Positions 1 through 16,056 of a stretch of 64,000 nt of DNA are shown in pieces. The stretch comes from Geosiphon pyriformis uo1 (taxonomy: Eukaryota; Fungi; Glomeromycota). The translations under genes were made by a program, and so were the position numbers. Location: NCBI GenBank assembly GCA_016748015.1, contig JAAOMT010000468.1, positions 620,001 to 684,000 of the forward strand, given 5' to 3'. Positions within the stretch are counted from its first letter, which is position 1, and each line of letters opens with the position of its first letter. A model generated the notes under the pieces. The model was not told the DNA's origin. It made no database searches and saw only the letters and a program-made list of their open reading frames with translations.

Positions 1-1747
1 CCTTTTTGATTAAGTTACCTCTCGACAGACAAAAGCTTCCAAGGGAAGTGTAGTGAACATATTGAAGCCGAAACAAAACCGAGCAATATTTATTATGAAA
101 TTATTTTCGGGAAAGTTATTTAATATATTTCCTAGAAAAGAGTTTAAAATATTTTAATCAAGATGATGTTCAAAGGAATTTAGATATGTCAAATACAAAG
201 TTACCGGCTGTTTTATCTGTAAATACAAAATATCCGCTTAGTGCCATTAATAGACAAGCAAGCATAGATATACCGGTTGACCAATGTGTGACGGCGGCGA
301 ATCGATTTAATGTTGGTTTCCGTAGAGAATCAAAAATGAGCAGAGAATTATGATGACATACAAAAGCTGGCAGATTTTAAGAATAAGATGAGGAAAAGCA
401 ATATATTAAACATTTGAGGCTTTTTATAATTACCAAAACTTATTACACCGATAGACTAATTAAACAGAGTTAGTGAGTAAATGCGTGGTTTTATATTCGA
501 AAGACTTTGGTAAAAAAAATAAAGGTTAAACTCCATACCTGAAACAATTCAGGATGAGCGAAGTCCCATTTACCTTCATCACTGCCTCTTAGATCCAAAT
601 TTACTTGTGGTCCCTCTAAAATAACGCTGATCACAATAATCACCATCGATACGAGTGCTAGACCACTGACTTTTGCCAATTTAGAGATATCTCTGTACAA
701 GGATAACGGGTATGACACTCCAACTGTACATATTATAATTACAAAATTTCGCTCAACTAATAAACCAAGTACAGGAAATTTGGCAATATCTGGGAATACC
801 GAGGATACGACGTGAGGGATTGTATCACCTAAGAGGTTTATATAAAATTCGATCAAGTTTCTTTTTTTTGGCAGGAGAATCAAAAAGTTTTTTTTCGTAA
901 GATTTATAATCTCTTACCTATGATTACACAGAAGGCGCTCATGCCTTTTGAATAAAACGAAAAGGACCGAAAATTTAGTGATAGTTTCGACCTTGAATTT
1001 CCCCAATAAAGCAAGATATTATTGCTCTTGATATTACCCTAATTCTAAATCAACACAATAGTTGGTGTCACTCCCAAAAAAATATCAAAAATGATCTTTA
1101 CCGCCAAAAGCAAACGCGAATTGAAATACTGATATAGCTATAAGCCCACTCTTCCCAAAACAATGATGCATCATATCCTGATATGAGTTTCTTCCAGATA
1201 ATTTTGAATTGAATACTAAAAGACGAATAGTCCAATCTACAACGATTGTTAAACCAATTAAAAGAATGATTCCCATCCATATTCCCGCTTCACGAAATGA
1301 AAAAGGTAGACCTTAAAGAGATGAAAAATAATTCCTTGAATATTCTTGGATCATTAAAAAGAAATTGAGTTTATTTGAAAAGTAAGATTTACTTACCAAT
1401 GATACCTTGATTTCCAGATAGCAAATTAAAAAGTTTTAGAATTCGAAAATAATGTCTGAATCAAAAAAAAACAAAAAACAATTGAATATTGGTGACATAC
1501 CCGCTCCAATAATGCTGTTTGCCATTAAAAGGCAACTTTCAAAAAGGGTTCCACCGTCTTTTGGTAATTTCATTTCTTCTATTTCTATAGTTTCAAACAA
1601 CATCCCTGTGTCTTCTCCATAAGAAGAAACGTCTTCCTCAAGGATACTGAGACTCAAATTGGAATTATTTATATTTTTTATGGAAACATGATTGTCTTCG
1701 ATGATAAGAGGCTCAATTAACTCTTCACTATGGGAACTTATAGACAT
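1..1747 (-). CDS. Amino acid transporter, AVT2/SLC38A11-like (Aa_trans family); multi-exon, 3' end runs off the window
   Basis: Exons give MANSIIGAG-IIGLPFSFREAG, GKSGLIAISVFQFAFAFGG, YPLSLYRDISKLAKVSGLAL, FVCHHNSLLIF, FCFGFNMFTTLPLEAFVCRE; GT-AG introns. Confidence 0.9.
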
Positions 1748-4700
1748 TGTATCAAAATTAATCAGGTTACAGTTAATAGGAATGATAAATAGTAAGTGTT
1801 ATTCTTGAGGATAGCAGATCAGCATTCTAAGATAAGCGCTAAGGAGTTTGAAAGTGGAAAAAATAAAAAATATAAGACTAATACTCGAAATCCGATATTG
1901 AGTTGTGGTATTTATCAATTTCTTGAAGAAAATTTGCGTAAATTGAGTGAAATAACAATTTTGGCTGCTCTTTGAAAAGTGTTTACTCTAATATCTAAAA
2001 TCAAATACATTTTGCAGCTTCTAATTCGTACAAATATATATAGGCTGCACGACTGCCACAAAAGTGGGGCTTGGCTAAGAAATTTTAAACTAAAAAAGTA
2101 TGGCCACTTTGTTGAAAAATCTAAAGATTTAAAGCTATTTAAGTGATCACATCCTCTCATCTTATGATATTGGACGTATAGATTAGATCGACAAGGAAAA
2201 ATAGAATAATTTTCAATCTTAGAAAACTAAAATATTATAACATTATACTCAATATAATTTATTCCAAAATAATACGCAGCCAACAAAAGATTTTTGTTTA
2301 AACAAATTGAATTTTAAATAAAATCAAAATTTATAAATTTATTAAATTCAGTGAATATATATGTAAAAAAGCAATAATTAAAAGGTTTCTTAATAGTAAA
2401 AGCAGTTAGATAAAATGTTGTAAAAACATTTTCATTAAGTAAAACAAATTCAAAACGCTTTTTAATTATTATTCAAACACCTTTTTTTGTTATTGCTTTT
2501 CTTGTAAGAGTGTTATTAAATTAATGATATAATTAATTAAGTTAATAATTATTTTTATTTTTATTGTTATTTGAAATATCTAATGGTAACTTTCAAAGCC
2601 CAAAAATCTTTTAATATTACAGTTTTTAAAAGTGATACTTTAAAGTTTCAAATTACTTCGTTTTAAATTGTAAAAGCATTTTTTTGGGCTTTAAACATGT
2701 ATTTAATAAAGTTTCGATGCCTAGATATGATTAGTGGCTTGAATATATGACAATAAACAATTGGGTTAATACTAAACTTTGTGGAAAAATCAATATGGAA
2801 ATCGGCGGAGTATCTCAACCGAAATCTTTCAATTTAGAAACGTTTGACCTCAAAATAGATTATTATTATATAAAATGCCTTGAAAAAATCGTTAACTCTG
2901 ACCATAATAGCAGGCAGAAAAGTGCAAAAAGCAAAGTAAAATTGTTTATTGGGATAAAGTGTCGTGACGGAGACTTACTAGGTCGCCGATCATTCAAAAC
3001 TATTAGCTGACGAAACCGGTGTTGGCGCACAGATGACTTACTCGGTTTTCTGATGTTTAAAGGCTACTAGCTGATCCAACACTGGACCCAGTAGAGCACA
3101 GGTGGCCCTACCAGGGTTGCTGGTGGGATGGGAAATTAGATAGTAAATTGGGTGTGTCAGTTGAAAATCCTACTCGAATTCTCAACCAGATCACAAAAAA
3201 GCAAAAGAATGGGAAGAAAAGCGTTCATGTAAGCAAATACACATCAATCAGCCAATTAACGGAATTATAGGAAATGCGATTGGGAATGTAAATGGTGATT
3301 TCAATTCTAAAACTTCCGTCTGCATCAAAAAGATATTAAAAAAAAAAGGTATGAATATGTATTTTTTATTTAGAGGTTGAAAATCAACAGAATTGATTTT
3401 CGTATGATATTAAATGAGAAATTAACAGAAAGATTTTTTTTATGTTCACATATAAGCATCTGTTACAGTCAGATTTATGGGGTACTTTTAATCAAGGGAA
3501 AAGCACTTATGAAGATCCAAGAGTAAAAGGCAACAATGGCACACTCGAAGATATCGAGATTGATAGCGATGAGGGAAGTTGCTCTCCATCCGAAGCAGTG
3601 ACGGTTAGAAGAGAAAAAAACCATCTTGAGCAATGGTACAATGCTAATATATGAGGTCCAATCGTGGATCAATATTTTGCTAGTGTGGATGTGAGAGCAG
3701 TTAGAAATTCCTCACTGTTTACAGACGCCTCTAAAATGTTCAGAGAATTTCAAAGATTGAAGTATTATTTGCATATGATTTCTTTCATAAATCTTTACTG
3801 TTTTACATTTCGTTTGCTATCATTGTTTTATTTTTTCTCATGTCTTCTTATGTGAAATAAAATAAAATAATTTTATATCAACCGTCAGAAGGTATACAAT
3901 ATTCTATGTGAGAGAAATATATATAGCAAAGACAAATGTTTGCTTTTTCATAAACAGGGGATTTTCTAGCTCTGGAGGTCATGCTTCCGAGCTAGTGAAC
4001 TGAGGATGAATTGTGGATGAATCTCGCACAGTGTGGGACGGGTGGTTTGATGGGCGTCAGCCATTCTGGTCAGTCCGAGTATGTATGTGTGTGTTTTCGT
4101 TTGAAGCCATGATCTTGATCTTTTTTTTTGATTTCTTACTTTTCCCATCCTTGTTTTTTTATATCATATTCAGTGAAGTCGTGACGTAATTTGTGCTCAA
4201 AACTTAAGGAACATCTTGTTCATGAACCCTTCTGGTGAAAAAGGTATAAATTCAATTTAGCAGCAATTAGGGTTAATGAATAACCCCTTAGTTTATCCAG
4301 GTATAAGACGAGCTATAGTCTCCTAGTCCGGTTTGGGTGTTGATTGGCTGCATTCGTAGAAAAGATTATGGTAACGACTAGATGATATGGGATTAATTGC
4401 ACAATAGTTCAAGGTGTGAATTACCCTTTTCAATTGTGTAATATTTAATTTAACCCAGAAACAATTTCAATGATAAATCCTGGAATTATGAATACTAAGC
4501 CTTTAAAAGTAGCGTAAAGTCACAACATTATGGCTTAGTGGTAATCAAATTGTTTATTTTAGCATTCATAATGCGTTTTGTAAGTGATATGACATGTATT
4601 CATTTTGATTAATTTCAAGATTAAAGGGAGCTTTAGACAGATAGTATCGAGTTATTTCACTATCCTATTTAATAATATTATAATAGGAAAAATTAATTAT

Positions 4701-4844
4701 CTACAGGTATGGATATTAGATGAGTAAAATAATGCATCCAAAGCAATCCTCTGCCAATATAAAATATTAAACTAATTTCTCAATCCATGAGGACCAATGT
4801 AAATTTTCAAATAAAAAACTTTACACTTTTTTTTCCTTAAAAAT

Positions 4845-6388
4845 TTAACGCGGTGCTCCACCGTAGCCACCAGATCCAAACATTCCGGTATTTGATATTC
4901 CAAATTTATCCAAAGAGGTACCGTTATTAATGTGATTCGCGTTTCTTGATCCATCATTATGATTTCCTCCGGTGTACTGTGGGAATATTGGAGGGAACGA
5001 GTTTTGAGCTGCGGACGTAAAAGGAGGATGAGTCGCAAGCCCAACATTACCAGCACCACCGTTGTTTGAGTTACCGTTAGGTTGGGGAGCTGGAAGATAT
5101 CCATAATTGCCATATTGTGCAAAAGACTGCTGCGGAGGGAAGGTAGCACCTAGTGGTGGTTGGGCAGCGAATGCTGCTGCTTGCATGTGATATGGTTGTT
5201 GATTCATACTCATCCCGCTATTATAACCACCTAGGGCTGTGCATCCGGTTTTCAAAAATGAATAATACGAGACTGGATTAAAAAATTTAACAAAAAAATG
5301 AGAGCTATTCGTTGAGAATTATTAATTTACTTAATAGACCCAATGCATCAAACCAAGGATAATGATCAATTAATGTATTAGTACTCCGTTCAGCCTACCA
5401 GAATTAGCATAACTCCCATTAACTGGCCCAAAATTAGGGATTGGATAACCATTTCCGATACCAAAAGTGCTTTTTTAGAAAATTATAGTGACAAGTTAAT
5501 TTTCTCTTTTGCATTTGAAGTCAAGAATCACGAAAATTGTTATTCCAATCAATACCTAGCTACCAAAGGGCGTCGAGGAGCGTTTGGATCTCCTTTAACA
5601 GATCTTCCATTGGGTCCGGATACATGAGCAGCTTGAAGTCCTTTATCACCCCGGATCAAATCGAATTCAACCTTGATATTTGGCAAGCAATTTTGTTACT
5701 TTATGTATAGTATGTTTGAAAATCTGATCGAGATACATACTATTTCACCCTATATATGGTAAGCGTGAGGTTGATCGCAATATAAATCGAGCCGATAAGT
5801 GGAAACCGCAAGTAGGTGGATATGAAAAAAAGAGAGATCAGAAATTGCTAAATCCTTTAGAATTATGGCACTTTGTTGTACTGAAGAAGATTGATTGTAC
5901 TACCTCGGCAAGACTTTTAAAACCACCATCGTTATGGATGGCAGTATGATGGACAAAAACTTATTAAATAAAGCACCAACACAGATTCAAGGAGAAGGGC
6001 GAAATACGAACGGAAAACGTGTCGCACAGACAATAAATATATAGAAAAAGAAAAAATGTTACATAACAACAAATTGAAATTGAAATTGAGAATGTGGATG
6101 CACAGCATAGAATTGGAAGATGAAAATTAAATGCACGTTTCACAATATTTGGATTGTCTATTTTGGTTGGTGTGGGCAAAAAGCTTGCTTTCCAATTTTC
6201 ACAATCCAAATCTATGACCCGTGTAGACGTAGTGAAAATAAAGACCAAAAGTTCGTTTGGAAAAAGATCTTACCTTCCGCTTTATTGTTAATATCATTAG
6301 GGTCTTCGTCTTGAATAATGAAACCATAACCCTTTTGACTATTAAAGAATTTGACGCGTCCTGTTTTACGACTTGGTGCAGAACTCAT
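4845..6388 (-). CDS. Cold-shock domain (Y-box/Lin28-type) RNA-binding protein with Gly/Asn/Gln-rich C-terminal low-complexity region
   Basis: Spliced CSD: KTGRVKFFNSQKGYGFII (RNP1)...VFVHHTAI (RNP2)...GFKSLAE|GEI|VEFDLIRGDKGLQAAHVSGPNG; last exon is ORF 4845-5255. Confidence 0.9.
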
Positions 6389-7845
6389 AATTGATAGATT
6401 GTGTAGAGTGGGTTTTTGTTTTTTGCAATTGAAGATCTTTCTGCTCACAGGTAGATTTTGAAGAAACTCTCGTCTGCCAAAGAAAATAGATAGTAAGTAA
6501 TTAGAAGTTTTAAATCGTCTCTTCAGTTAATGCACAGAAGTCACTATGTGGAAAGTGATCTAGAGATCGAAAGAAAGTTCAAACTCTTGATAAGCCGAAG
6601 TTCTTCAAAGAAAAACGCACCTTTCGGTTGGAGCAAAGGCAAAGTGAGCGCCAAAAGTCGTAGAAAAGAGAAGCGAGAAACTTTTTTTTTACGAAAATTC
6701 AACACCAAAAGGCGAAATTTGAAAAACTCAATAAAGATTACAACTCTTTTAGACTATTAAGTGTAGAGACGTCAACTGCGTCATAAAATATGATATACCG
6801 AGAAGCCTTGAAAAGTTTGATTCGAGGTGAAGGGAAAGGAGGGGCCAAACGGAAAAGTCAAAAAGAAGAGATACAACACTATGTTAATACTTTTGGAAGC
6901 AAAGAAATAGCAGCTTATTAATCAGCACAATTTAGTTGTTTGATATCAGTGGCCAGTTGATTTATCATTGTTGGAGAGGGTATTACGTTTGTTTTACGAG
7001 GAAGGCAAAGTGATTATGGTGGTAATGGCAGACATGATGGCTTGAGTGATTGGAAAATTAGGCTAGGTCCAAGAAAAAATGAGCCTCGACGTGGGAAATC
7101 TTAGGTTTCATATCTTCATTTTCTCATGAGGCTTTGCTAGTCTATGGTTTAGCTAAGAGACTCGGAAGTCACTCGGAATAATAGATCCTAGATAGCCGCT
7201 GTCATTATTTCATTGTTATTTGGGTTTTTCAAAAAACTGAATCAAAAAGGCTTTCCTTCTCACTTTTGGCTAAAAGAGAAACAATGTTATAAACACATGC
7301 CATTTTTCAAGTATTATACCAAAGAATACAATGACATCATTAAAATGACTTTAAGACTCCCTTTTTATCATCGCGAAAAGTTAAAGATTAAATTCTTGAC
7401 GAAATTTTTTACGTTTGTTCCAAAGTGTTTTTGACAATGAGAAAGTTGAAATTTTTTTTTTTGGATTGTTTGGGATCCTCGTCTTTTACAAAAAAGGGAA
7501 ATCTTAATAAAAAATTGAATATCAATCGCTTTTCATCCAAAGCGATCACTCAGATCGTATAAGGTTTAGTTATTATACCTACATGGCCTATTTAAGGCCT
7601 AATTGAGTAAAAGTATTTTTAGGAGTGATACCTAGATGTTCAGAAAGAAAATATTTTTGGCTAACAATGTGCTAATCTGGAAATGATAAATTTTATGTGT
7701 GTGTGTGTGTCAGGAATAGCATATTCACATGATTTTACAGAGCCATCATTGGTGCATCAAATTTTCCAAATCTTTTGGAAATGGAAAATATTTTGTTATA
7801 GCCAACTAGCATCATTTCAATTTAGAAAATCCAAAGCTCTCCACC

Positions 7846-9086
7846 ATGTCTGTTACTTCCTCAGTAACGTTCACTTTGTCCAGAAAACATCCGAAACTTC
7901 GAAAACTTGAAATTAAAAAATTACAAGCATACAAAGTAATAGAAAAAATAGAAAATTTGACTTTAAATCAACTCTTCTCATTTGTACCAACCCAATATCT
8001 TTGCTTGATAAATGTATGTTTTGGTGGTGTAGCGGGTGTCACAAGTGAACAATTAAATTGCATTTTTAATCAACTTGATGGATTTAATCGGATTGAGCTG
8101 ATACCCGGAAAGGCAAGTATTTTTCATTGTTCAATGCTTCTTTAATCAAAAAGAAACTTATCCCACTTCTCTTTTCAGCCATATTCATTTGCCCTGTTTG
8201 ATTCAGTTTCGACTGCCAAAATTGCATATGATACTCTATATGAACAGCCGTGCGAGAATCTCAATGGAAAAATAATCTACCTCGAGTTTGTAAATTCATC
8301 TTGGATTAAGTTTACTCCGCAAGACATCACAGTTCCCGGATTATTAATCTTAAAGGAATTCATTCCAATAGAATTGGAAAGAGATATAATCCAAGAATTA
8401 CATTCAAGAAACGCTTGGACAATAATTCAAGAGCGAAAGGTGGTACGTATTCAGAAGTATTGAAGCTTGAAATTTTCTAATGATTTAACATGCTACTAAT
8501 TTCTCAGCAACACTTCGGATATTTGTTTGAGTATCCAAACAAAGTTGGAGATGCTTGTTCCTTGTCTAGAAGGGCATTTCCAGAATATATGGACTTGCTT
8601 CTTACGAAACTTCACGAATTGCACCCTTTCATTCCGCAAATGGATCAAATGACTCTACAATTATATCCAATTGGTGCTGGTATACCGCCACATGTGGACA
8701 ATCACACTTCTTTTGGGGAATTTATTCTATCCTTTAGCTTACAAAGTCCTGTAATAATGGAATTAAAGAATTTAGAAACAGGAAAAGCTTTTCATCTCGA
8801 TTTACCCCCAAGATCTTTATTAATTTTTGGTGGTGAAGCACGTTATGCTTGGACTCACGGGATCCGGTATGAATAAATTATAAAAACTTCCTTTAAATAT
8901 CATTCAATTTCTCAAATCAAATTTGGTCCCTATATTTAAACTTTTTGTCGTTTCAGCTCAAGGAGAACCGATTCACTTGACAATGGAGAAGTCAGGAAAC
9001 GAGGCGAAAGAATATCTCTAACATTAAGGACGGTGAGCCCTACTGGTGTTTGTAAGTGTAAATGGCCTGAATTTTGTAATCTATGA
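7846..9086 (+). CDS. ALKBH8-like protein (RRM + 2OG-Fe(II) AlkB dioxygenase + C-terminal Cys-rich Zn site), no methyltransferase domain
   Basis: GK|PYSFALF RRM, VPGLLILKEFI, QHFGYLFEY, GIPPHVD (HxD), ARYAWTHGI, RISLTLR, CKCKWPEFC; stop at 9084-9086. Confidence 0.85.
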
Positions 9087-9704
9087 AAATACATTATGGA
9101 TTATTTCTCAAGAGAAAACAAAATTAACAATAGATATTATAGCCTGATTTGCAATTCGAGCTTTAGACATATATGATAGGTTATGTATTAATCACCCCTG
9201 AGCTTTATATAATTGGACAGAAGTTCTTTTAATAAGTAGTCAAATGTCGGCGTCGACATTTTCATTTCGCGGCTCAACTCTAGCGATATTGAGGGGATTG
9301 CCTTAATGGGAAATTTTAAGATATTAATTGAAACCTAGACGGGTATTAATTCATCCACCCACTAAATGATGGGGGATTGTATTATTTAGTTAATGACCAA
9401 GTGCTCGGTCATTAGACGGGCATAGGATAGGAAAAATAATTTCAAAGAGTCTAGTGTTTGGCCAGCTCATGTGATCGTTCTATCGTGACAAATTCAAGGT
9501 GGTTTATGGATCAGGCTATTGGATTCCCACATGATGTAGGTCTTATCCTTATTGAAAAATCTCATTTCAACTAAGCTTTTAATATATAATCAGCAAATTG
9601 TAGATGCGTGATTTAATGATTATTGATTATTCATTTCAAATTACGTATAAGTATTTTATTCCTGATTAAAGTGATCGTTGGGAGTCGAGTTTTTCACTTT
9701 TAAT

Positions 9705-12637
9705 TCAATCAATTTCTTGTTGAGTGAACTCGGGATAGGTGGCAATGACACTTTTCCAAGTGGTATTGTCTTCAACGAGGTCTTTGAGAACTTGGAGTAT
9801 AGTGTCCACCTATTTAAAGAGAATAAAGGATAAATGAAAAGCTTAGTATGGAGTTCTAATATATAGCCAAAATCCCATAAAGAATACCTGTTCCCGGATT
9901 TGTTTGGTAGAGTCCCGTTCTCGCAATGTTACTGTTCCATCGTTTACTGATTGGAAATCAATCGTGACTGCGAAGGGCGTGCCAAGTTCGTCATTGCGTG
10001 AATATCGGCGCCCAATAGAATTTGAGGAATCATCAACTTTGATAGGGATGCTCAATTTACGAAGGCGAGTGCCTGTTTAAAAAAAAACCAACCATTTCAA
10101 CTTTGAAACAATTCATGAATGTCCAAACAAAAAATCAAATCACTTACTTATGTCCTGAATAAGATTTGTAAAGGAGGGATGATGACTTAGCGGCACTAGT
10201 AAACATTTAAATGGAGCAATACGAGCAGGAAACGATAACACCTGTAATTTTCAATTGTACAAGTTAATGATTGCTGCCAATTTTATTCATGGGGACAGAA
10301 AATAATATTATTATTATTCATACCGCCCGTTGTTCGCTTCCTTCACGAGTCCAGTATACGTGTTCAATAAGAGAATACAAAATGCGTCCAATACCAAATG
10401 ATGGCTCTATCACGTTTGGGACATATTCGCGCACTAGAATCAAATATATTGTCAAAGATCAACTTTTAATGTGCATTCCAAATAGAAATCCCTAATTAAA
10501 AAAGGATTATATTACCATGTTCAGTAAAGGTTTGCCTTTTTACAGTCAAAAATTTTGAAGTAATTTCGTAATTTTGATCCTCTGCAACTGAAATAGTGGT
10601 TATGCTATAGTTGGAATTGAAAGCAAGTGAATAATTGTTCCTCGTATTACAAAATCAAGTTGATAAGTTTTACCCATTGCCGTCTTCCAAAGCTTTTTTT
10701 AAACTTTCTAGTTGGTCCTCGTTTAAATTGGTCAGATACTCCTCCACAATTTTTGCATTTTGTCTTAGTGTTGGACCAAAAACTTTTTGATGAATTTCCA
10801 GGACAGTTTTTTCATATACAATTGGCTCTGGCAAAATTTCGCGGACCACCAATTTCTCTTTAGTTCGATTCGAATGTACTGTTAGATCATAAGCAGAGCG
10901 ATCCGCGCAACCTACACACTCGATCCATCCCTAATTTTAAAATAAAGAACATGTGAGTTAAGTATGTCGAGTGAATTGTATCCATGCTAATTGAGTCAGA
11001 AGCTTATAAGATCACAAACATAGCTACTTTGAATCTCTGCATCCCAACAATCGCATGCATAATGAGCCATTTCATTGGGCATGTGCTGGCGAAACCGAAG
11101 CTTCGATGGTTGAATGCCCAATTTTATTAAGAAAAGATGAATTCGGGCAAGAAAGTAGCCGAGTGTCTGGTTGTCCACAATTTTCTGAGTTGATATTTGA
11201 AAAGGCAAATGAGACAAAGACCATATTAAAGATTGATTGAATTGCGGAACATTTGAATGCTTACTTGATGTACTGCTTCTCCAATTGATAATTCAATGGG
11301 TTCGGTTTTTCCTTGGGATTGAATGGATTGAGGTAACAAACGGAGTTTTACGTCACTTATCTCATTGAAACGAGAATGATCCTTCTTTAAAGGGTCAACG
11401 AAATGCTCGATTTCAGCCATCACAAATTCTCTTGAAAATCGTCAAGATCACATTAATTTAATTTTACGAAAGTTTAAAAAATAACCAAAGAATTACCTGA
11501 CTCTAAGAAGACCCGATCTAGGACTTATTTCATTTCTAAAGGAACGACCAATAGAAGCAGAAGCAAATGGCATTTTATCATTATTAAACTCCAAAAGTTT
11601 TTTGAAGTTAAGAAATTGTCCTTGTGCTGTTTCAGGCCGTAAATATCTATTAGTCATTTAAAACTTTATATTCAGTATTTTAATAGACAAGAATAAGAAG
11701 TTGATGAAAGAAGATTTACCCTTTCAAAGCACCGGTTGGGCCAATACTACTTTCAAACATTAAATTAAATTCGGCTGGAACAGTAAGATCACCACCAGTC
11801 TCGGGATTCTTGATTTTGTGTTTAACCATAATTTCACCAAGTTCAGCACCAGTATAATTATCAATCTATAAAATTTAATTCAAACAATTGTCAAATATTA
11901 GGCTATTGAATGAGTGTAACGATGATAGAGTAGATTTGTGAAACAATAATCTTTGCCTTTGCTAAAATCTCTTCATACTCGGCTTTTGTGGAATTATCTA
12001 GCTTTATGACTTGTACTTTTCCTGCTTTCTTTTTCTTTTTTTTATCTTGTTCAACTTTGGGGGCCTCACTTGTAGGTAGTTCCTTTTCAGATGGACTAGC
12101 TTGTTTATCACCTTCCAATCTTGATTCGAGAACTGTTTCAATCAAGTGGTCAGCACGAAATATCTCACCACTTTTGGGGTCTTTAACCATCCAGTCAGCA
12201 AATTTATCCACATGACCAGACGTTTTCAAGACCTCGGCTGGTGTCATTATGGTGCAATCAACTTCCAGCATGTCTTCCTCGAGCACAAAATGACGACGCC
12301 ATGTTTCAATTATGCTGGCCTGAAGAGCGCAACCAGGTGGCCCATAGTCATAAAGGCCAGCGACACCTTTATACAAGACCAGTTTTAATACGTTAACCAA
12401 CGAAAAAGGGTAAGTTTCTATTCACTTGTTCAAAGAAAGAACTTCACCGCCATATGCCTGAAAAGCTGGAGCGTAGAAAAACCTCTTTTTCAAGACTTCT
12501 TCAAGAGAAGCACGGTTGAAAGTGTTCATTGTGTTGGTAGTGAAGGGGCGTTTGTGAGCATACAGGTAACCCAAAAAATTAGGATATCGGGAATTAAAAG
12601 AGATTATCGGGAAAGTAAAACGACTTAAAATGTGCAT
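9705..12637 (-). CDS. GRS1: Glycyl-tRNA synthetase (eukaryotic alpha2 type), multi-exon
   Basis: [82 protein letters not shown]. Confidence 0.97.
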
Positions 12638-13331
12638 CACTTTGGGGATGATTATCGAGATTAGTCGGGATCGACGTTTTTTGATTAAAATTCACGTTAC
12701 AAATTATATTACCTTAAATTTTTTTTGTAAAATAAGTTACAAGAGAGGGTTTTTAAGCATGCAGTAATACGATTCTTTTGTTTATGCAAACGAAAGAAAA
12801 AAGGATTATAGAGTTTTGTGCATGGTTTGTAATGTTTGAACATGTTTCTTTCGCCTTGATTTGGTGTTTGTTGTTTTAATATTTCTAAATTCAGAATGGG
12901 ATGTTGAATTTCTGAGTTTTGTCAAATAATTATTAGACAATTAGTTGGCTAATTATTTATTTTTATTTTTATTTTTTTATTTTTTCATTTTTTCATTGTT
13001 TTGGATAATAATAATTTATTTACATAAAAAATTTCAATAAATAAAATTTATTAATAAACATTGAAGCATTTATAAATATTGTATATCAAAAAATTAATTT
13101 TGTAAATTTTATATTTAATTTTAAAAATAAGATTAGGTATTTGTGGGATCACACTTTGTTAAATAATAATAATCATTAAAAATACTTGGATATTTTAGTG
13201 AATAGAGTATTATGGCGTGAAAAGTATCCCATTTTCTCACTTGAACAAAATGGCATTTTTTCAAGAGACGAACTTTATTAAACATCTAATCTAATATTAT
13301 TTTGAAAAGAACAATTTATATTTCCGAGTAC

Positions 13332-15587
<2,256 letters not shown>

Positions 15588-16056
15588 GATGAAGAGTTTC
15601 GAAGGTTAGGGTAACGGAGGACGGAAAATGGGTTTGATACTTCATGATCGCCGACATTCTTCTAATATCCAATTGATGAACGAATTCATAGCCCAAGTAA
15701 AACTTTTGCAAGGCACTGTGTATTTAAATTATCGTGGATTCCTAATTGGAGCACATCACGAAGATTGTGAACATAATTTCTCCAAACTATTCACAATAGT
15801 CATTATTATTCAAAGCTTCCCAAAGATAATCGGAAAGACATTTGTTGTACACAAATACAGGTTTTCTGTCATTTTTATATTTATATTTATATATATATAT
15901 TGAAATTGCAGCTTTTCTTTTCTCGGATTAGGCCGCTAAATTTTGCGGTTTATAAACGGAAAAAGCTTCTAAGGAGAGGGGTGAATTTCGATAATGTTTT
16001 GTGTTTCCTTTTTTTAAGTCTTTCCATAGAATAATTAAGGCCACATTTTAAAGAGC

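Noticed and set aside
3442-3855. Short plus-strand ORFs that look exon-like
   Set aside because: No recognisable homology or convincing complete gene model
3955-4075. U3 snoRNA-like boxes (GAGGATGA)
   Set aside because: Boxes A, B, C and D do not match adequately
4267-4275. TTAGGGTTA (minus strand TAACCCTAA), identical to a fungal telomerase RNA template
   Set aside because: A 9-mer is plausible by chance in 64 kb of AT-rich DNA, it lies in a local inverted repeat, and no pseudoknot or CR4/5 could be identified
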